In this document: positions 34,013 to 47,800 of the stretch, in pieces
Position numbering within the stretch: the first letter of the stretch is position 1
Layout: the number at the start of each line of letters is the position of its first letter
Notes under the pieces: generated by a model
What the model saw: only the letters and a program-made list of their open reading frames with translations
The model's database searches: none
What the model was told of the DNA's origin: nothing
Made by a program: the position numbers and the translations under genes
NCBI GenBank assembly: GCA_043228905.1
Contig: JBHGNT010000012.1
Coordinates: forward strand, 4,216,001-4,280,000
DNA: 64,000 bases
From: Azolla caroliniana
Taxonomy: Eukaryota > Plantae > Polypodiophyta
Reading direction: 5' to 3'

Positions 34013-37000
34013 TCTTCTTCTTCTTCTTTTTTCCAAAAAAAAACTCCTTCCATTAGTTATAAAATTTTACATATGAGATTAATATATCTAAATCCCTGTA
34101 GGGACGCAATAGGTCCATCTTATGTGGATGCCCACCGACTCAATAAAGGGGGAGGTCGATCATTGTTGGATGAAGGCTAGTCGTTGTCTTTCAACTCCAT
34201 CGGAGTCGCCTTTGAGGCATCATATTGGCTTTTTAGAGTGGCTACAACTTCACTCCATATCTCTTGCATTAACACTATTGGTTGCGCAGTTTGGTTGGAG
34301 AACACCCGTCCACACTGTTGTTTCTATAGAGTCCAAAGAATTATTGGGCTGACCAATTCCAACACAACTTAAGATTTGGCATTGATAGGAGTTGAGTGGA
34401 CATTGTCGATGGTGGAGAAAAAAACCTATTGTGCTTTTATCACGAAAGCCATCCCCTCTTCTTGATGCTCGTATCTATCAATTGGGGCCTGCCATGATAG
34501 CCAACATATATTTCCCCACTTGATTAAGCCTTGCACCTGGCATAATTGCAATAAACGGCAAACCCCCTGCCATATTTGATGGAACTCTAGGCAATCCCAC
34601 AAAGCATGTCAGATTGATTCTATTGCATTTGGGCACACTACACAATTAGGAGAGCTAAGGTTCCCATGCTGCCATGCACCAACCGGTAGTGACCTATGTA
34701 TTAATAGTGATTGGAAAGTGGTGATTCGTCGTGCATGTTGTTGTTTCCAAAAAAATTTCCAAAACTTGGTGATAATTATGTGAGGAACATGATATGTGTG
34801 CCAGACCTTTGTAGCAACTGGCTCTCAAGCGGTTTGAGGAGCTAGAATATGGCAACCCAATCTAGTTGTGAATTGAAAGAAAGGGATGGGTTTGCTTCCT
34901 TGCCCCGCGTAAGGATCATGCCATGTCCATTGCAAAGGGTCCCAACTAACCTTACGTAGCCATGTGTTTTCGTGAGTACATATGTGCCAATCTGGTTGTA
35001 CTTTGATAGGATCAGGATCTACAATCCATTTATGCCCAGTATACGCTAGTACTCAAATTGCCTTATTTTGTGTTGGTGTCTCATTGTGTTGCAATTCAGA
35101 GCTTGTGATCCTGTATGGTGTTTCCCTACCTCTTGGGATCAAAGAACCCTCGTCCTCGTAGCCTATCCATTTCTCTATTGTCATCCTTTGATTAGCAACT
35201 TCCCTAATCAGCGTTAATGATTTCAGATCTCATTGCCCATCTGCCCCTGATTCCATGGAGTATGTTGGCTTGGTCTTGTATTGGCAATGACATAAATCGT
35301 CTCCAACATTCTATACTTTTTCCTGAACCTTCCGCAATGTATCCCCATGATAACCCCTTACTTGATCCAATTAGTTGATTAGATTCATCTTTGATACATG
35401 GGTTCCATAGGATATGTTGACTGAGCCAAGCATGTTCAGAGTTAGGTTGATTGCACTTGAGCCCTCGTCTAATGTCACACCACGCCTTCCACATGAATGC
35501 ACTGAATCTATCCTCCAATTGGCGGGAGAAACTAGGTTTGAGCTCCATGTTTAGAATCCATCCAGTTTGGTGGTCCCAATTGGCCCTTTTTTTTGGCTTA
35601 AAGTAAGCGAACCGTAACCACAACAACATTTTCCAACAATCATTCCCTGGTTGGAGTCCTCACACCACAAATTTGGCGAGTAGGGCTTTTGATTGTGAGA
35701 GGGGATCAATAAGACCCAATCCTCCCCTGGACTTAGGTGATGTGAGTATAGGCCACGCCACCTTGGCCGAGTTGCATGATCTTCCTTACAAGACCAAATG
35801 TAGTTGCATACCAATCGCTGAATCTAGCGTATACTTTCCTTGGAAATTGTCCAACATGATAGGTTGTACCACGTTGTTGTGAGTAATACCTAATTTGCCA
35901 CTATGATGTGCCCCGCTAGCGAAAGTTTTTTCGAACTCCAATGCATCAACTTTTGTCGAATGGAGTGAATAACTAGTGCAATCATAGTCTCCGGAGGTAT
36001 GTTGAACCCAATTTGGAAACCCAAATATTTTATGCTCGCTCCTTGATTGATCCACATGAAAGTGGGATGGGGGTGCCACGCAGGATGTGCTTCATGAGAA
36101 AGCCATATTGCACAGGATTTCTACCAATTGATCATGGCATTGGATCTCTTGCAAAATACGTCTAATTTACGACTTTCTAGCTTTTTTAGATTTTCCAAGT
36201 CCCCTTGTAGGTAGATTGCGGTGTCATCTACAAATTCTATATCTAGGAGGCTTTGTTGAGAATGCGGCACACGAAAACCACGTAGATTGAGTTGTCGTGA
36301 GTTGAGAAAGATAGAGAGTGCTTCGGCATATAATAGAAATAAGGATGGAGCCAGTGGGCATCCCTATCGTACAAACCACAATAGTCGGAAGAAGGGGTCT
36401 GTTTCACCTGCTAATGAAACACAACTGATGGCATTCCTATAAATTTCTGCAATGCCTTGGATTCATGACTCTTGAAAGCCGAGTTTCCCCATCACACTTT
36501 CTAGAAAGTTCCAGCATACCCTGTCATATGCTTTCTCAAAACTAGGAGCACCACAGCTACCTTGTTGTTGGTACGCTTGACAAGGGCTACTGCTTCCCAA
36601 AACGAGAAAAGGTTGTCTAGGATGCTCCGATTTCTAACGAAACCTGTCTGGGACGGATGAATGAGTTGAGGCAGAAGTGGTGCTAAGCGGTGTGCCACGG
36701 TTTTTGCAAGCAACTTATAGACAGTATTGAGAAGAATTATGGGCCACCACTTACTAATGTCATTGGCACTCCCACCACTTTTAGGAATGAGATGTATCAT
36801 CCCCTGTCCAAATTCCTCTGGCATGTTTCCAAAGGTGATGATCTCCTCATATGCTTAGAGGAGGTCTTCTTTAATAGTGTCCCAAAGGCATGTGAAAAAG
36901 TGAGGAGTGAACTCCGGGGCAACTATTTGCATCCAAATCAGAGAGGGCCTCCAATATCTCGATATTTGATAAGGGACGCACGAGCCATGTATTCATTTCC

Positions 37001-37590
37001 GTCATGACTTTCTCGGGTATGCTCTGGAGGATAATATCTTCTCGTGCATCTTCCCCTATGGCTATATTATCTTCGGTAAGTAGTCGCTTGAAGTAACTCG
37101 TGGCAATATTCCTCATTTCGTCGCCATCCTCAGTGGTCGTTCCATCCTCTCGATTGAGGCTACGCATCATTGTTCTAGCGTGCCTCGGTCCCTTGGATCG
37201 AAAGAATTCCTTCGTGGATTTGTCCCCTACTTGAATCCATCAAGTCATGCTTCCATGAAACTCCATGTCATAAATTGTCTTTTCCGCCATGATGAGTTCA
37301 TGTTTGGCCATGACAACCTGTCCCGCAATCCAACTACATGTTGGGTATCTCTGTTGGAGTCGTTGTAAGGCTATTAGCCCCCATTTTGTCCTCTGTCGCT
37401 TTTCATGGGCATCCTTACTTCTGGTCTTGACAATCTTGTGTAGTAGAGTTGAAGCTCTTGTTAGTTTAGCTAGAAGTTTGTCAGATGCTAATGAGGCATT
37501 GACAGGTAATGACCATTGGTTGACGAGTTGTTCCTTCACCCCTGTGACTGTGTAGATAGTGTGTAGGATTCGAGGTTGAAATGGGCCCTA
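34013..37590 (-). mobile_element. 5'-truncated L1-clade LINE (degenerate RT and zf-RVT) with TSD
   Basis: IHLIPKSGG..WPIILLNTVYKLLAK..QTGFVRNRSILDN RT motifs; CVVC..HALWDC near 34600. A/AAG tail at 34013-34032 (minus strand). TSD catgtgtgtaagct at 33999-34012 vs catgtgtgtgtaagct at 37591-37606. Confidence 0.88.
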
Positions 37591-38619
37591 CATGTGTGTG
37601 TAAGCTAATGTGAGCCTTCCTCTTTCTTCTTTAATTTTTTGATATATTGGAAGATCCATAGCGGAAACTTTATCCTTTATTGCCTCGTAGTCTTCCATAT
37701 ATCCTAGGTATTTTAATTGTCTTATTGTATTTGGAATACATTTGTGTATATATGTTTCCTCTTCTTGTAAATGGAATGTGCTAAAAAACTTTATTTGATT
37801 TTGTATGCGCTAAATTATTTTTTCAACACATTCTGGTTGACATTATCACTTGTAGGAACATGGCTGGTTAAAAATTTAAAATTCCAGTTAGGATCATAAC
37901 ACGTAGGAAAATTTCCGATAGGGGCTAGAAACTTTGCCTAACACTAGGTATGGGATACCCACGATCAACATAGCATCGTTGTTGAAGAAACAAAATGTTT
38001 TGTTAAAGTTCAATGTCAAACTATTGTCTTTATACATCGTATAAAAGACATTGGATGTCTCCCACACATTATTCCTTTTAGAGTCACAAGGTTAGCTTAT
38101 TGAAACTTCAAACATGTAAGCATGAAGATATCATTATGGTGTTGGTTGTGTTTGGCAACATTAATGGAACAAATTCTATAATTGTTCTACCAATACATGA
38201 GACACTCACTACCCTACCAATCGTCGGATTCATAACGATCCCCTCATATCGTGGCTCTATACGTACAATTTAGTAGAGGAACTATACGACTTTGAACACT
38301 TGCCAAGTACTCATTGTATACTTCGTCCCTTATGCATCATTGACATGCACATTGGCATTAGCACGAGGAAACAAGGCAATGGGGTAAAGAGAACATGTAA
38401 AATCTAGGAAAGGGTATCTTGCCTCTTAAACTTTAGTAGAGGGACTATACATCTCCACACACATGTCCACTAAAGGATCGTGTGTACTCACAATGTGAAA
38501 GGGAACAAAGGCAACATCACTTAAATGGTAAGGGAAGTATAAAGCCAACATTTTGGCTCTTCTCAAGGGTTTTTTTCCACTTTTGATAATGTAAATTAGA
38601 GCTTCTCTCTCTCTCTCTA

Positions 38620-38848
38620 TCGTAATTAGCTTACCCTAGTGGTAAATTATTACACTACTAGCCCTAGCTCTTATCGTAATTAGCTTACCCTAATGGTAAA
38701 TTGTTAAATTTCCCTAGCTCCTAGGTTTGAAACCCAATTTCCAGTCACCTCTCTATTACTCCATAGATATGTACTAGATGCCATTGTGGGATGTAGGGGT
38801 TGAACCCATGACCTTGTGGTCTTCATTGGGCAACCTTACCAACTAAGC
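38620..38848. mobile_element. Probable tRNA-derived SINE relics (two, convergent)
   Basis: Plus strand ...taatggtaaa...ggtttgaaaccc and minus strand agcttagttggtaagg...gggttcaacccc carry A-box/B-box-like motifs; no complete cloverleaf. Confidence 0.35.
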
Positions 38849-40329
38849 TTCTCTTTCTCTTTCTCTCTCTCTCTCTCTCCTTCTCTTTCTCTCTCTCTCT
38901 CTCCTTCTCTCTCTCTATCATAGATTTTTACTAAATCCTTAACTCTGATCTTTGCACTAGCCTTCACTAGTTGTAGTGTGAGTTCAATCCTAATTAACTT
39001 TCCTTCTCTTTCAATGTGTTTAAGAGTCTCAATCAAGACTTCGGTGAGGGGTATGTACGACTAAGTAAAGTTAGTTTTGGTAAGAAAGTGAGAAGGGGTT
39101 CTAAAGGATTTGATGCCATTGAAATATATGCCTTTGATGGGCATTGAACCTTGGACCTTGCTCCTCAAATTCTTTAGAAAAACATAAAGAACTAGAGAGT
39201 CCACCCAAACTGTTCTTCTTCAAAGAACCACTTATCAAAATGATAAAAGCTTCATGTAAACCCTCCATTGCTCTAAGTACCGGAGCTTCCCCTTCAAACA
39301 ATATATTTGATGGGCGATTGTGTATTAGAACCTTCAGTTTTTGGATCGCGATGCTCACTGGATTCATCAGGAAAACTAGGGTTAGAGATGGATGTAGGGT
39401 TCAGTATGAAAGGTAAAAGGCTTTATAATGATGAGGAAAAAGACATGGTCAAGTAGATCATAAGAACTTTGAAGGTCACAACGAATTCCTGAACTCTTTA
39501 AAGGCTTGTTTGGCAAACATAAGGACTTGCAGAAATGGCTTCAGATCAAATGCCAATATATTTGTCGAAAAGAAAAGACTACCTTCAGCAGTGATAATTG
39601 CAAACATATTTGTGATCTGACATTGGAAAATTATACGTGCATAGTTTGTATCTTCAGCCTAACCAAGCATTTTGACAAGGCTAGAAGTATAGAGGTTTTG
39701 GATCATGGGATTGTCTTGCATCAGTATCAAAGTGCAATGCTATCTATTGTGATAGTTGTACCAATTTTGATATAGTTTCATGTATAATGCTCAAATCCTT
39801 TACACAGGCATGTTTGGTTCACTACCCATCCATCTTGTAGGCTCGTGGTTGCTATATTGTAAACAAATCCAACATTGATGCAGATGTATTTCCTTTCAAT
39901 CATGTGCAATTTCAATATCTCAATCAACTCTTGAAAGACTGAGTTCTAAATGAATCATCGTTACTAGTATGTCAGTCAATCAAGATCAAAATCACAATGT
40001 GTTTTCAAAAAGGCATCAATGATAGCGTTCCAATATATCTAATTAATGTAGTGTAAAAATCATGTATCGGAAATTAACCTTACAAGGACAATAAGCGAAA
40101 ATTTTGAAATGCTGTATGGCATTTGTTAATTTTATTTCTGCTTCTTGAGACAAGATATAATATACATGGAATATGTCCAGAAGTAATGAAATGACAAAGC
40201 GTGGAATTCTATCTGCCATTAGTGCCCTTCAACTTTCAGAAATTTGTAGAAATCGAGACTGATTAATTCAAAGCGAATGTTGATCTAGATGCATCTTTGA
40301 CACATCAAAGCAGGTTTATAATAGGAAAA

Positions 40330-42063
40330 TCAGCTGTCGATACGGCCACCTCTAGATATAACAATCTTCGAATAGGGTCTGTAAAAACCTCGCTCTGCCA
40401 CAACTGCCCTTGTGTCTCCAATAAGTTTTGCAGTCCTTGTCATAAAAAACAGATGTACAGGATCATTCTCAGAATGGTGAGAAAAACAATATACAAACAT
40501 GCTGGTTTGAATGGAGATGAATTCATAACTCAGTCCAATCATATAAGCCAATGATCTACAAACATGCTGGTTTGAATGGAGATGAATTCATAACTCGGTC
40601 CAATCATATAAGCCAATGATCTATGCTATCATATGCACATAAAACTACATGGAGACTAAACATGAGACAACCAACTTCCTACAAAGAATGTTGAAAGAAG
40701 AAAACTTGGTTAATGGAAGGAAACATGGGTTAAAAGATAAAGAGATTCCTTAGCAGCCATTTCTACTATGTATGGTTTGCTACTACTAGGTATTTGAGGG
40801 CATAAAAGTATAAGAGGTCTTCTAGGGATGGTTTGCTTACTTGAAGTAAGGGCTGCTTGTGTTCTCTTGCACAACCTTGACACTGCTAATCGCCTTCAGC
40901 ACATCGAAGCCATCGATGATTCTGCCGATGACGAGATTCCCAGAATCCAGCTCCGGCGAATCTTTCAAACAAATGGTGAATTGAGTCCCATTAGGATCGG
41001 GCCGGACCTCTTCCTGAATGACCTTGAACTTCCCATCTTTTGCCACTAGTTTCGGCTTCGGAGGAGGTTTCCCAACATCTCTAACCACGATCGACACTGA
41101 TCCTGCACTGTTTTTTATCGTATTTGGGCATATCCGATTCAGATTATCGAGCTCTGGCAAGAGGGATTCAGCATTTTCTCCCCCTATGAACAGAGCCGAA
41201 TCTCGATTCTCTCCACTCAAGCTAAAGCTTCTGAGGCCTGCATTCTGAATAAATGATGGTGTTACCTTCACGAATTCCTTTTTCCGGTAACTTATCCCTT
41301 TGCTTCCGATAGCTATTTGGGAAAATCTTTGAGCGCCAATGGGCACATTCTCACCATATAAGCCTACCACAATTCTGCCCACATTCTCTCTATCAATGGA
41401 TATATCGAAGAATATCTTGTCTGTGATTGAGAACTCAGAAACAATGCATTGAGGGACAGCGGCAGTCTCCTCATCACCAAGTGCAATATCATCATGTGTT
41501 AATGTCGGTGGGCCAATAAGGGTAAACAGGGTAGTCTGCACAAACAATCTCCGATGGAATACGCTCTGTGATACAACATCTTTTTCAAGGGTAGATCTCC
41601 TTGCAGAAGAAGAACAAGGAGGAGGTAAAGAGCGATGGCGATTCAGCTCCGAATGCATATAAAACACAACCGATTCATGCCTGAAACTTGATCTGTTACA
41701 CACATTTTTGAAAAATACCCAATCAAAATACTCTTGAATTCACTCAAACACAGAAACTTGACCTGTCAGACACATTTTTGAACAATACCCAATCAAAATA
41801 CTCTTGAATTCACCCAAAACACAGAAACTTGATCTGCCACGCACATTTTTGAACAATGCCCAATCAAAATACTCTTGAATTCACTCAAACACACACACAC
41901 ATACACATTCTCAATCTGTCTATCTCTCTCCCTCTCTAACTATCTATCTATGAATCCTACCTGTGCACATCTCTGTGAGGAATTTGAAGTTTTACCTGTC
42001 TGATGTCCGCCATGGCGCAGGTGGATTGGCAGCAGAGAGGAGGAGAGACTGAGGGTGCAGCAT
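40330..42063 (-). CDS. CYP28: Chloroplast thylakoid-lumen cyclophilin-type PPIase, CYP28 type; exons 42063-41996, 41692-40841, 40435-40330
   Basis: ITDKIFFDISI..VGRIVVGLYGENVPIGAQRF, PDPNGTQFTI..SPELDSGNLVIGRI, C-terminus SSPYFKTAKLIGDTRAVVAERGFYRPYSK resembling Arabidopsis CYP28. GT-AG introns are phase-compatible. Twin-arginine RRLF motif in the presequence. Confidence 0.92.
40491..40623 (+). repeat. About 66-bp tandem duplication in CYP28 intron 2
   Basis: tacaaacatgctggtttgaatggagatgaattcataactc(a/g)gtccaatcatataagccaatgatct occurs twice. Confidence 0.9.
41683..41893 (+). repeat. About 70-bp tandem triplication spanning the CYP28 intron 1 acceptor
   Basis: gaaacttga(t/c)ctg...cacatttttgaa..aatacccaatcaaaatactcttgaattcac occurs three times. 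Confidence 0.9.
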
Positions 42064-43249
42064 TTGGGCTTCCCCTCCCCACAAGGATAGGAGGATTGAT
42101 TCCACTTGTTTTTTTCACATGTTTGTTGAAAGGGTAAAATATGTGTAGGTGGAGTGTAGTGGAGTGAAGGGCATGTGAAAGGCCCCTTCTTGATGAATCA
42201 ACTCAACCCCTCTTGACTTGTCTTGACTAGACTTGACCGAGTCAAGTTAAGTCGGCTCGGACCGACTAGTTGTGGCCCCTTACCAGGATTAGGTAACACA
42301 ATGGTGATCGACATAATACATACATACCTATGTGCGGCATCTCCCAAACCCAACCCTAAGCCCTAGCCCTGAATCCTAAACCCTAAACCCCGGCCATGGA
42401 AGGCTTGCCACATACCTCATCCGGTGTTTCCTCCTCTTTCCAATGCATTTCACACTCAAAAATGTGTGTGCATCAGGTGTGAGTTCTTGGGAGCGTTGTC
42501 GCGTACAGAAGCATTATAAGGCGGTTGAAGACCCGAGGAAAAGCCTATTAAGCAGTTTGAACTCGATTTCATCTTTTTTGCATGTCCATTCTCACTATAC
42601 CACACATATCTAAAGACTTGTCGCGTTTGCTTTGACTCGCATTGACCGTGTCTATTGTGAATATGTGAAGACATTACATGCAAAGCACATTGTGATGTAT
42701 TGCCTCTAATTTACTGAATTTTGGATTAATGTGAAAGATAGAGGGTTCAAAGAAGCATATTTAATTAGTGAATTACAATAAAATCATCCAATAAGCCCAC
42801 TCATTGCACGGAAAAGTATTATTATTTATTCATTGCATGTATTAGAGGAGTATTGCCTTAGCATGGAAGTTACAGTCTCTCATAAATAATAATTAACAAA
42901 TGAAAAGAATTAGTCCATTTTATACATCGTAACACTAGCGCCAAGCCTGTGTAGGCCTCTCAATATAATTGATGCCCTTTCAACACGATGGTAATTAAAG
43001 TTGTAGAACTAGGGATGTTAAAGACATGGACCCTGAATTGAAGCAATTAACACAACATTTGTCATCCTCGACACAAGTTTCATATTTGACGAGTAAGAGT
43101 GGAAACGAGAAAGAAGAACAAAATGAGAATGCATGCCAAATCTAAATTGAGCATTAAGATCTTGCTAAAACTGCACTCCAACAAACTTCTGCAGGAAACC
43201 TCGACTCATATTGAATATGGAAAATTTCGTAAGTATGTATGTATAACAC

Positions 43250-43570
43250 GTGTATTCGAGCGCTCAAAAACACCACGAGACAAATGATTATTTGTATACA
43301 AGAGCTCTAAACACCACACCACAAAGACAAATGACATCTATATTCAAGGGCTCAAAACACTATACCACAAGACGAATGACATCTGTATTGGAAAGCACGA
43401 AAGACCACATCACGAGATTAATGGCATTTGTATTCAAGAGCTTGAAACACCACACCACAAGACGAATGACATCTGTATTCAAGAACTTGGAACATCTCAC
43501 TAGAGGAAGCAGTACCATGTGTGTTGGAGAACTTGAAACACCACACCATGGGAAGCAATAACATCTATGT
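43250..43570 (+). repeat. About 45-bp minisatellite, about 7 copies
   Basis: Unit close to aaacaccacaccacaagacgaatgacatctgtattcaagagcttg. Confidence 0.85.
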
Positions 43571-44212
43571 TCAGCACACGGGGATTTGGAGCCCGAAGTT
43601 TAAACCCAAACTTTCCCATGTGTGAACCCAAAACCTTCATTAGTACATGAACTCTCATAGTTTGGATGTGGTTTATGTAACCTAGAAGAACTCAAATTGT
43701 AATTATTAAATATCGATAATAGTGTTCTCAACACACACTACATAGATACTTCTAGATCATTGTATTATTGTGTTGTTAGATGTATCTTTACTTTAGCAGA
43801 TCAAATCTCGATTGGATACTTGATATTGGAACAATTAAAATGTTACTTTCAAGGAATCTAATGTTGCCCTCAAGCCCCCCTTGCCCACCTGGTTTAATTT
43901 GCAAGCATATTAATTTTTCCACATTTCCATGCTTTTACACAAAAGTACTTCATATCGGAGTGTGGATACTTCCATAATTCACTAAATATGTAAGATCTAC
44001 ACAATAAATTGGTTGGAATTTATTTTATATAATGCTGGAGGGCAGTTTATTTTCAATTTGTAATCACGTGCCAAAATAAGTCGAGATGCTCCATGGGGAT
44101 AGCAATTTACCCCGTTGCTTTATCAAAGCTATGCTCAAAGAACACATGATAAACACGGTTGCTCTTTGCGATTATACTGGTTTGAAGACAAACTCCCACT
44201 TCATTTACACTA

Positions 44213-44395
44213 CCCAATTATCATCTCCACACGTAGCACAATTTTGTCACAACCTAATGGATTGTTTGGTTTTCTTCGTCAATTACATCAAGAAGCTCCC
44301 ATTTCACAAACACTTGCCCAATTATCATCTCCACACGTAGCACAACTTTTATCACAACCTAATGGGTCGTTTAGTTTTCTTCAGCAATTACATCA
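44213..44395 (+). repeat. About 105-bp-period tandem duplication
   Basis: cccaattatcatctccacacgtagcacaa...tcacaacctaatgg...caattacatca at 44213 and 44318. Confidence 0.85.
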
Positions 44396-44874
44396 TAAAT
44401 ACTTTATGTCCATGTCTCATGATAGATGTTCAAGCCAACAAGAGCAAAAAAATGATAGATAGTTCCATCTGAATGCCTGTAAACCTTTTTATAGTATTCT
44501 GGGATTCATCTTGATTTTAGAATTAAATACAGTATGTAACTATAAACTTAAACATAATTAGATCGATATTTACCAAGAACGTTCCTAATCAAAACATTTA
44601 CCTACAACAATCTTAAAAGGTATTATCAAACAGTGCACCCTTAAGAGCATTCATTTGCAACGAGGGTGCTGCATTAAGAAATATGGTGAAAATTCACTTA
44701 AAATCACAAACTATAAAAAAGGCTATTTTGCTACTGTTCGCACATTTTCAATATTGTCAGTTAGTTTCTTTCATCTGATTCTGCAGACCACTCTCTACAG
44801 AAACAACTAATATATTAATATTTGTATAGCTGGCCCAAACACCCATTTAAAATGTTTAAGGACACTCCGATTCT

Positions 44875-47800
44875 CTAACCTTCCTTCTTCATCTTAAGAG
44901 CTGCTCGAATTACATTCCCCCTTGTCAATAGTCCTACCTGAAAATATAATGAAATGAACAATTCATACAAACAATCCTTTAAATAAGAGCCCAATTTCTG
45001 TCTCCTAATTTTCTAAATGAGAAAACATTACCAATTTCCCACTATCATCAACCACTGGCAACCGCCGATACTTTGTCTCCAAGAGTAGCCTATTCAAAGA
45101 GAACACCACGGTCCATAAAAATGGGATAGTTATCAACAAAAATAAAGAAAAAATAAACTCAGGAAACAGGTGGGGGCAGAGTTTCTGAGTTAACAATCTA
45201 TGATGAAAAGAAAGCAACCTTGCTGCATCTTCGAGATTTGTCATTTCCCGGACAACTAGTGGAGATGGTGTCATAACTTCTCCCACGATCCTCCCGTGTG
45301 TTTTGTTGATGAGTTTTTGTAGTTCTTTAAAGGCCTGCAGAGCACATTAATTCCTTCAACATTAGAAGCAAATCCATTATATCCACACAATACAAAAATG
45401 CGATCAATTCTCATTTAATATACCTTCCATGTGCTGCCAGCTTCTGGGAAAAGTGATGAGCTCGATGACCTCTTACCTGGTAGAAGATTATGAAGGGAGA
45501 CATGTGGATGTAATGCAAAATTAATGAGCATAAGCTGAGATACATTGAGAAAGGATCTTGTTGGATATAGCATCTCAAAAAGCAATTAGCCTTTTGCAAA
45601 ACCTTTGGATTAGACGAGATGACCCCAATTAATGGAAGGGAATTAGATCCTAATATACAATATGAGAACTAACTAATACCTTTGGATCAGATGAGACAGA
45701 CCAAATTATTGGAAGGAAGATGTGTTGTATTAAATCATTTTGTACCATGGGGGAGTCCAGAGTAAACAGTTCAAGATTCACCCATGATCACCAAGTGAAT
45801 TCTTATTTAGGCAAACAGCATTTTCTGGCATTGAACTGGAAAGCATGTACTTTTTCCTTTAAGCTTTTTGCTTTATCAGCTAAGCCTTTCCCTTTTTTCC
45901 TTTCTTTTTAACATGCATAAAGGCAATTCTTTACTAGATCCGTTCACTGTATGCCAAAACAGATTTCATATCCAGTGAAACAGAAATGTTTGTGAATTTG
46001 ATAACGTGAGCTGTTGTAAGGACATACCAAAACTATACTTAAATCAAGTAATCATGGGCCACATTTATCAGAAACACCTCTCAAAAAATAGAGAAAACAA
46101 GTAAGCAATCTTAAATTCAAACCATTTATGTATACCTGAAATGGAATCAAGTGCAAGTAAGTCGAAGTCTGACACTACTCCAACCTGTAAGAATTCTCAT
46201 TATGTAAATAAAACCTCATTTATAATTTGAAGATTTAACAAAGAAACAAACTTGTCATATAAACAGCATTGTACAGATCATTATAACACATTTGGCTATC
46301 AACCACAATTTTCGTATTTAATATTCCTCGCATGAAAATCAAGGAGTGTTCGGCCACAAATGAGTTGATACAACTTGTTGATATGCACATCTAAATTGAT
46401 TTCAGGTACTTTCTCAGGTTTGCTTATCTCAGGACTAAAACCCATGTCTGGGACTGGATAAGATATCAGTATCTGTATTGAATCACTGGTAATTTGGTTG
46501 TAGTTAGAAAAGGGAAAATCCTTACTGCATAATATCATTGTAATAAGATGTTTTGAGTTTTAGTTCATGCAATCTTCACGAAGAAGACTACTCCACGAAT
46601 TGAAATGCATATGGTCCCAAAGTCTACATTCAGCTGGATAAGCTGGAAGATCAATTGTTTTTCTAGTTCCTGTAATATTGAGCGCAGTGGAAGACAAGTT
46701 GATGTCATTTGTGTCTCATAGTGACACATGACTAAGCTAATAACAATCACATCATGCATGGCCCAATGAGGGACAGACACTACGGTTTCAACTTTTAAAA
46801 CAAAATAGAAGATAGTCAAGGCCTAAAATCTCCAGCTTCAAACAAAAGAAAAAACATGAAAACCTGACAGTCTTTTGCACTCATGAATCATCACTTGCTC
46901 CATTGGATGGGTAGTCAGAATTTAAGCTCACAAATACAAAAGGTTAGATACAAAGATATATCAACATCTCTACAAGGCCATGAAACGAGTGTCCTATGTG
47001 ACCTAATCAAAAACTGCAACTGCTAATGTTGTCTGGACAGTGACACACATACAGCTCCTCAAATTCAACCTCCTTATGGCCAAGTGGACAAGCTGTCCAT
47101 ATCCTCAGATTACAAGACGAATGTTTGACCTCCCCTATCATTGTGCAAAGGACATCTGACATGTCTTTCTACGTATACATTTGGGTGGGGTAATGAAATG
47201 CATCAGATTCTCCTCAATTGCTGCAATACCACCATGGTTGTTTACGTACCCGTATTTAACATTTAAATACGTATAGTACCTCATCATTTGTATAGTACGT
47301 ACTATACCTCAATGTTGTTCAGTCAAATATCATGTACATTTGTCCAATACAATATTTAACGTATTTATAAAAAAACAGGTATAATACGTATTTATAAATA
47401 AAAATGTAAGTAAAACCCTAACAAAAAGCAAAAGAAAAAAAAGATTTTAGTGAAAAAGAAGCCAAAGGAATGAAGAAAGAAGAATAGAAGAGACGACGAT
47501 GAAGAAGATGAAGAAGAAGAAGAGAGAAAAGAAGACAAACTTGTCCTGAGTGTGATAATCGCAGAAGATAGAAGAAGAAGAAGAAAACGAAGAAAAGAGA
47601 AACCTATCATGAGTGTGATAATCGTAGATGATTCCTCAATCTATGAAGGCATAATTGTAAATAATTACAATTTGAAGTAGAACATTGTGATACACACTTA
47701 CACTGATTTATAGAATAAGGGAATGTCGACATCCATATTACTACAAGTATTTTAGGATGTGAAATGTTCAAATGTCTTATATACATTTTAGGATGTACAA

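Noticed and set aside
39101-39416. Short overlapping ORFs
   Set aside because: No recognisable domain or splice structure.
42011-42013. ATG at 42013 as the CYP28 start
   Set aside because: Out of frame with exon 2; the ATG at 42063 gives the right phase.
42340-42392. Interstitial telomere or telo-box cluster (ccctaaa variants; also about 1935 and 29700-29945)
   Set aside because: Only a few degenerate units, common in plant TEs; function cannot be supported.
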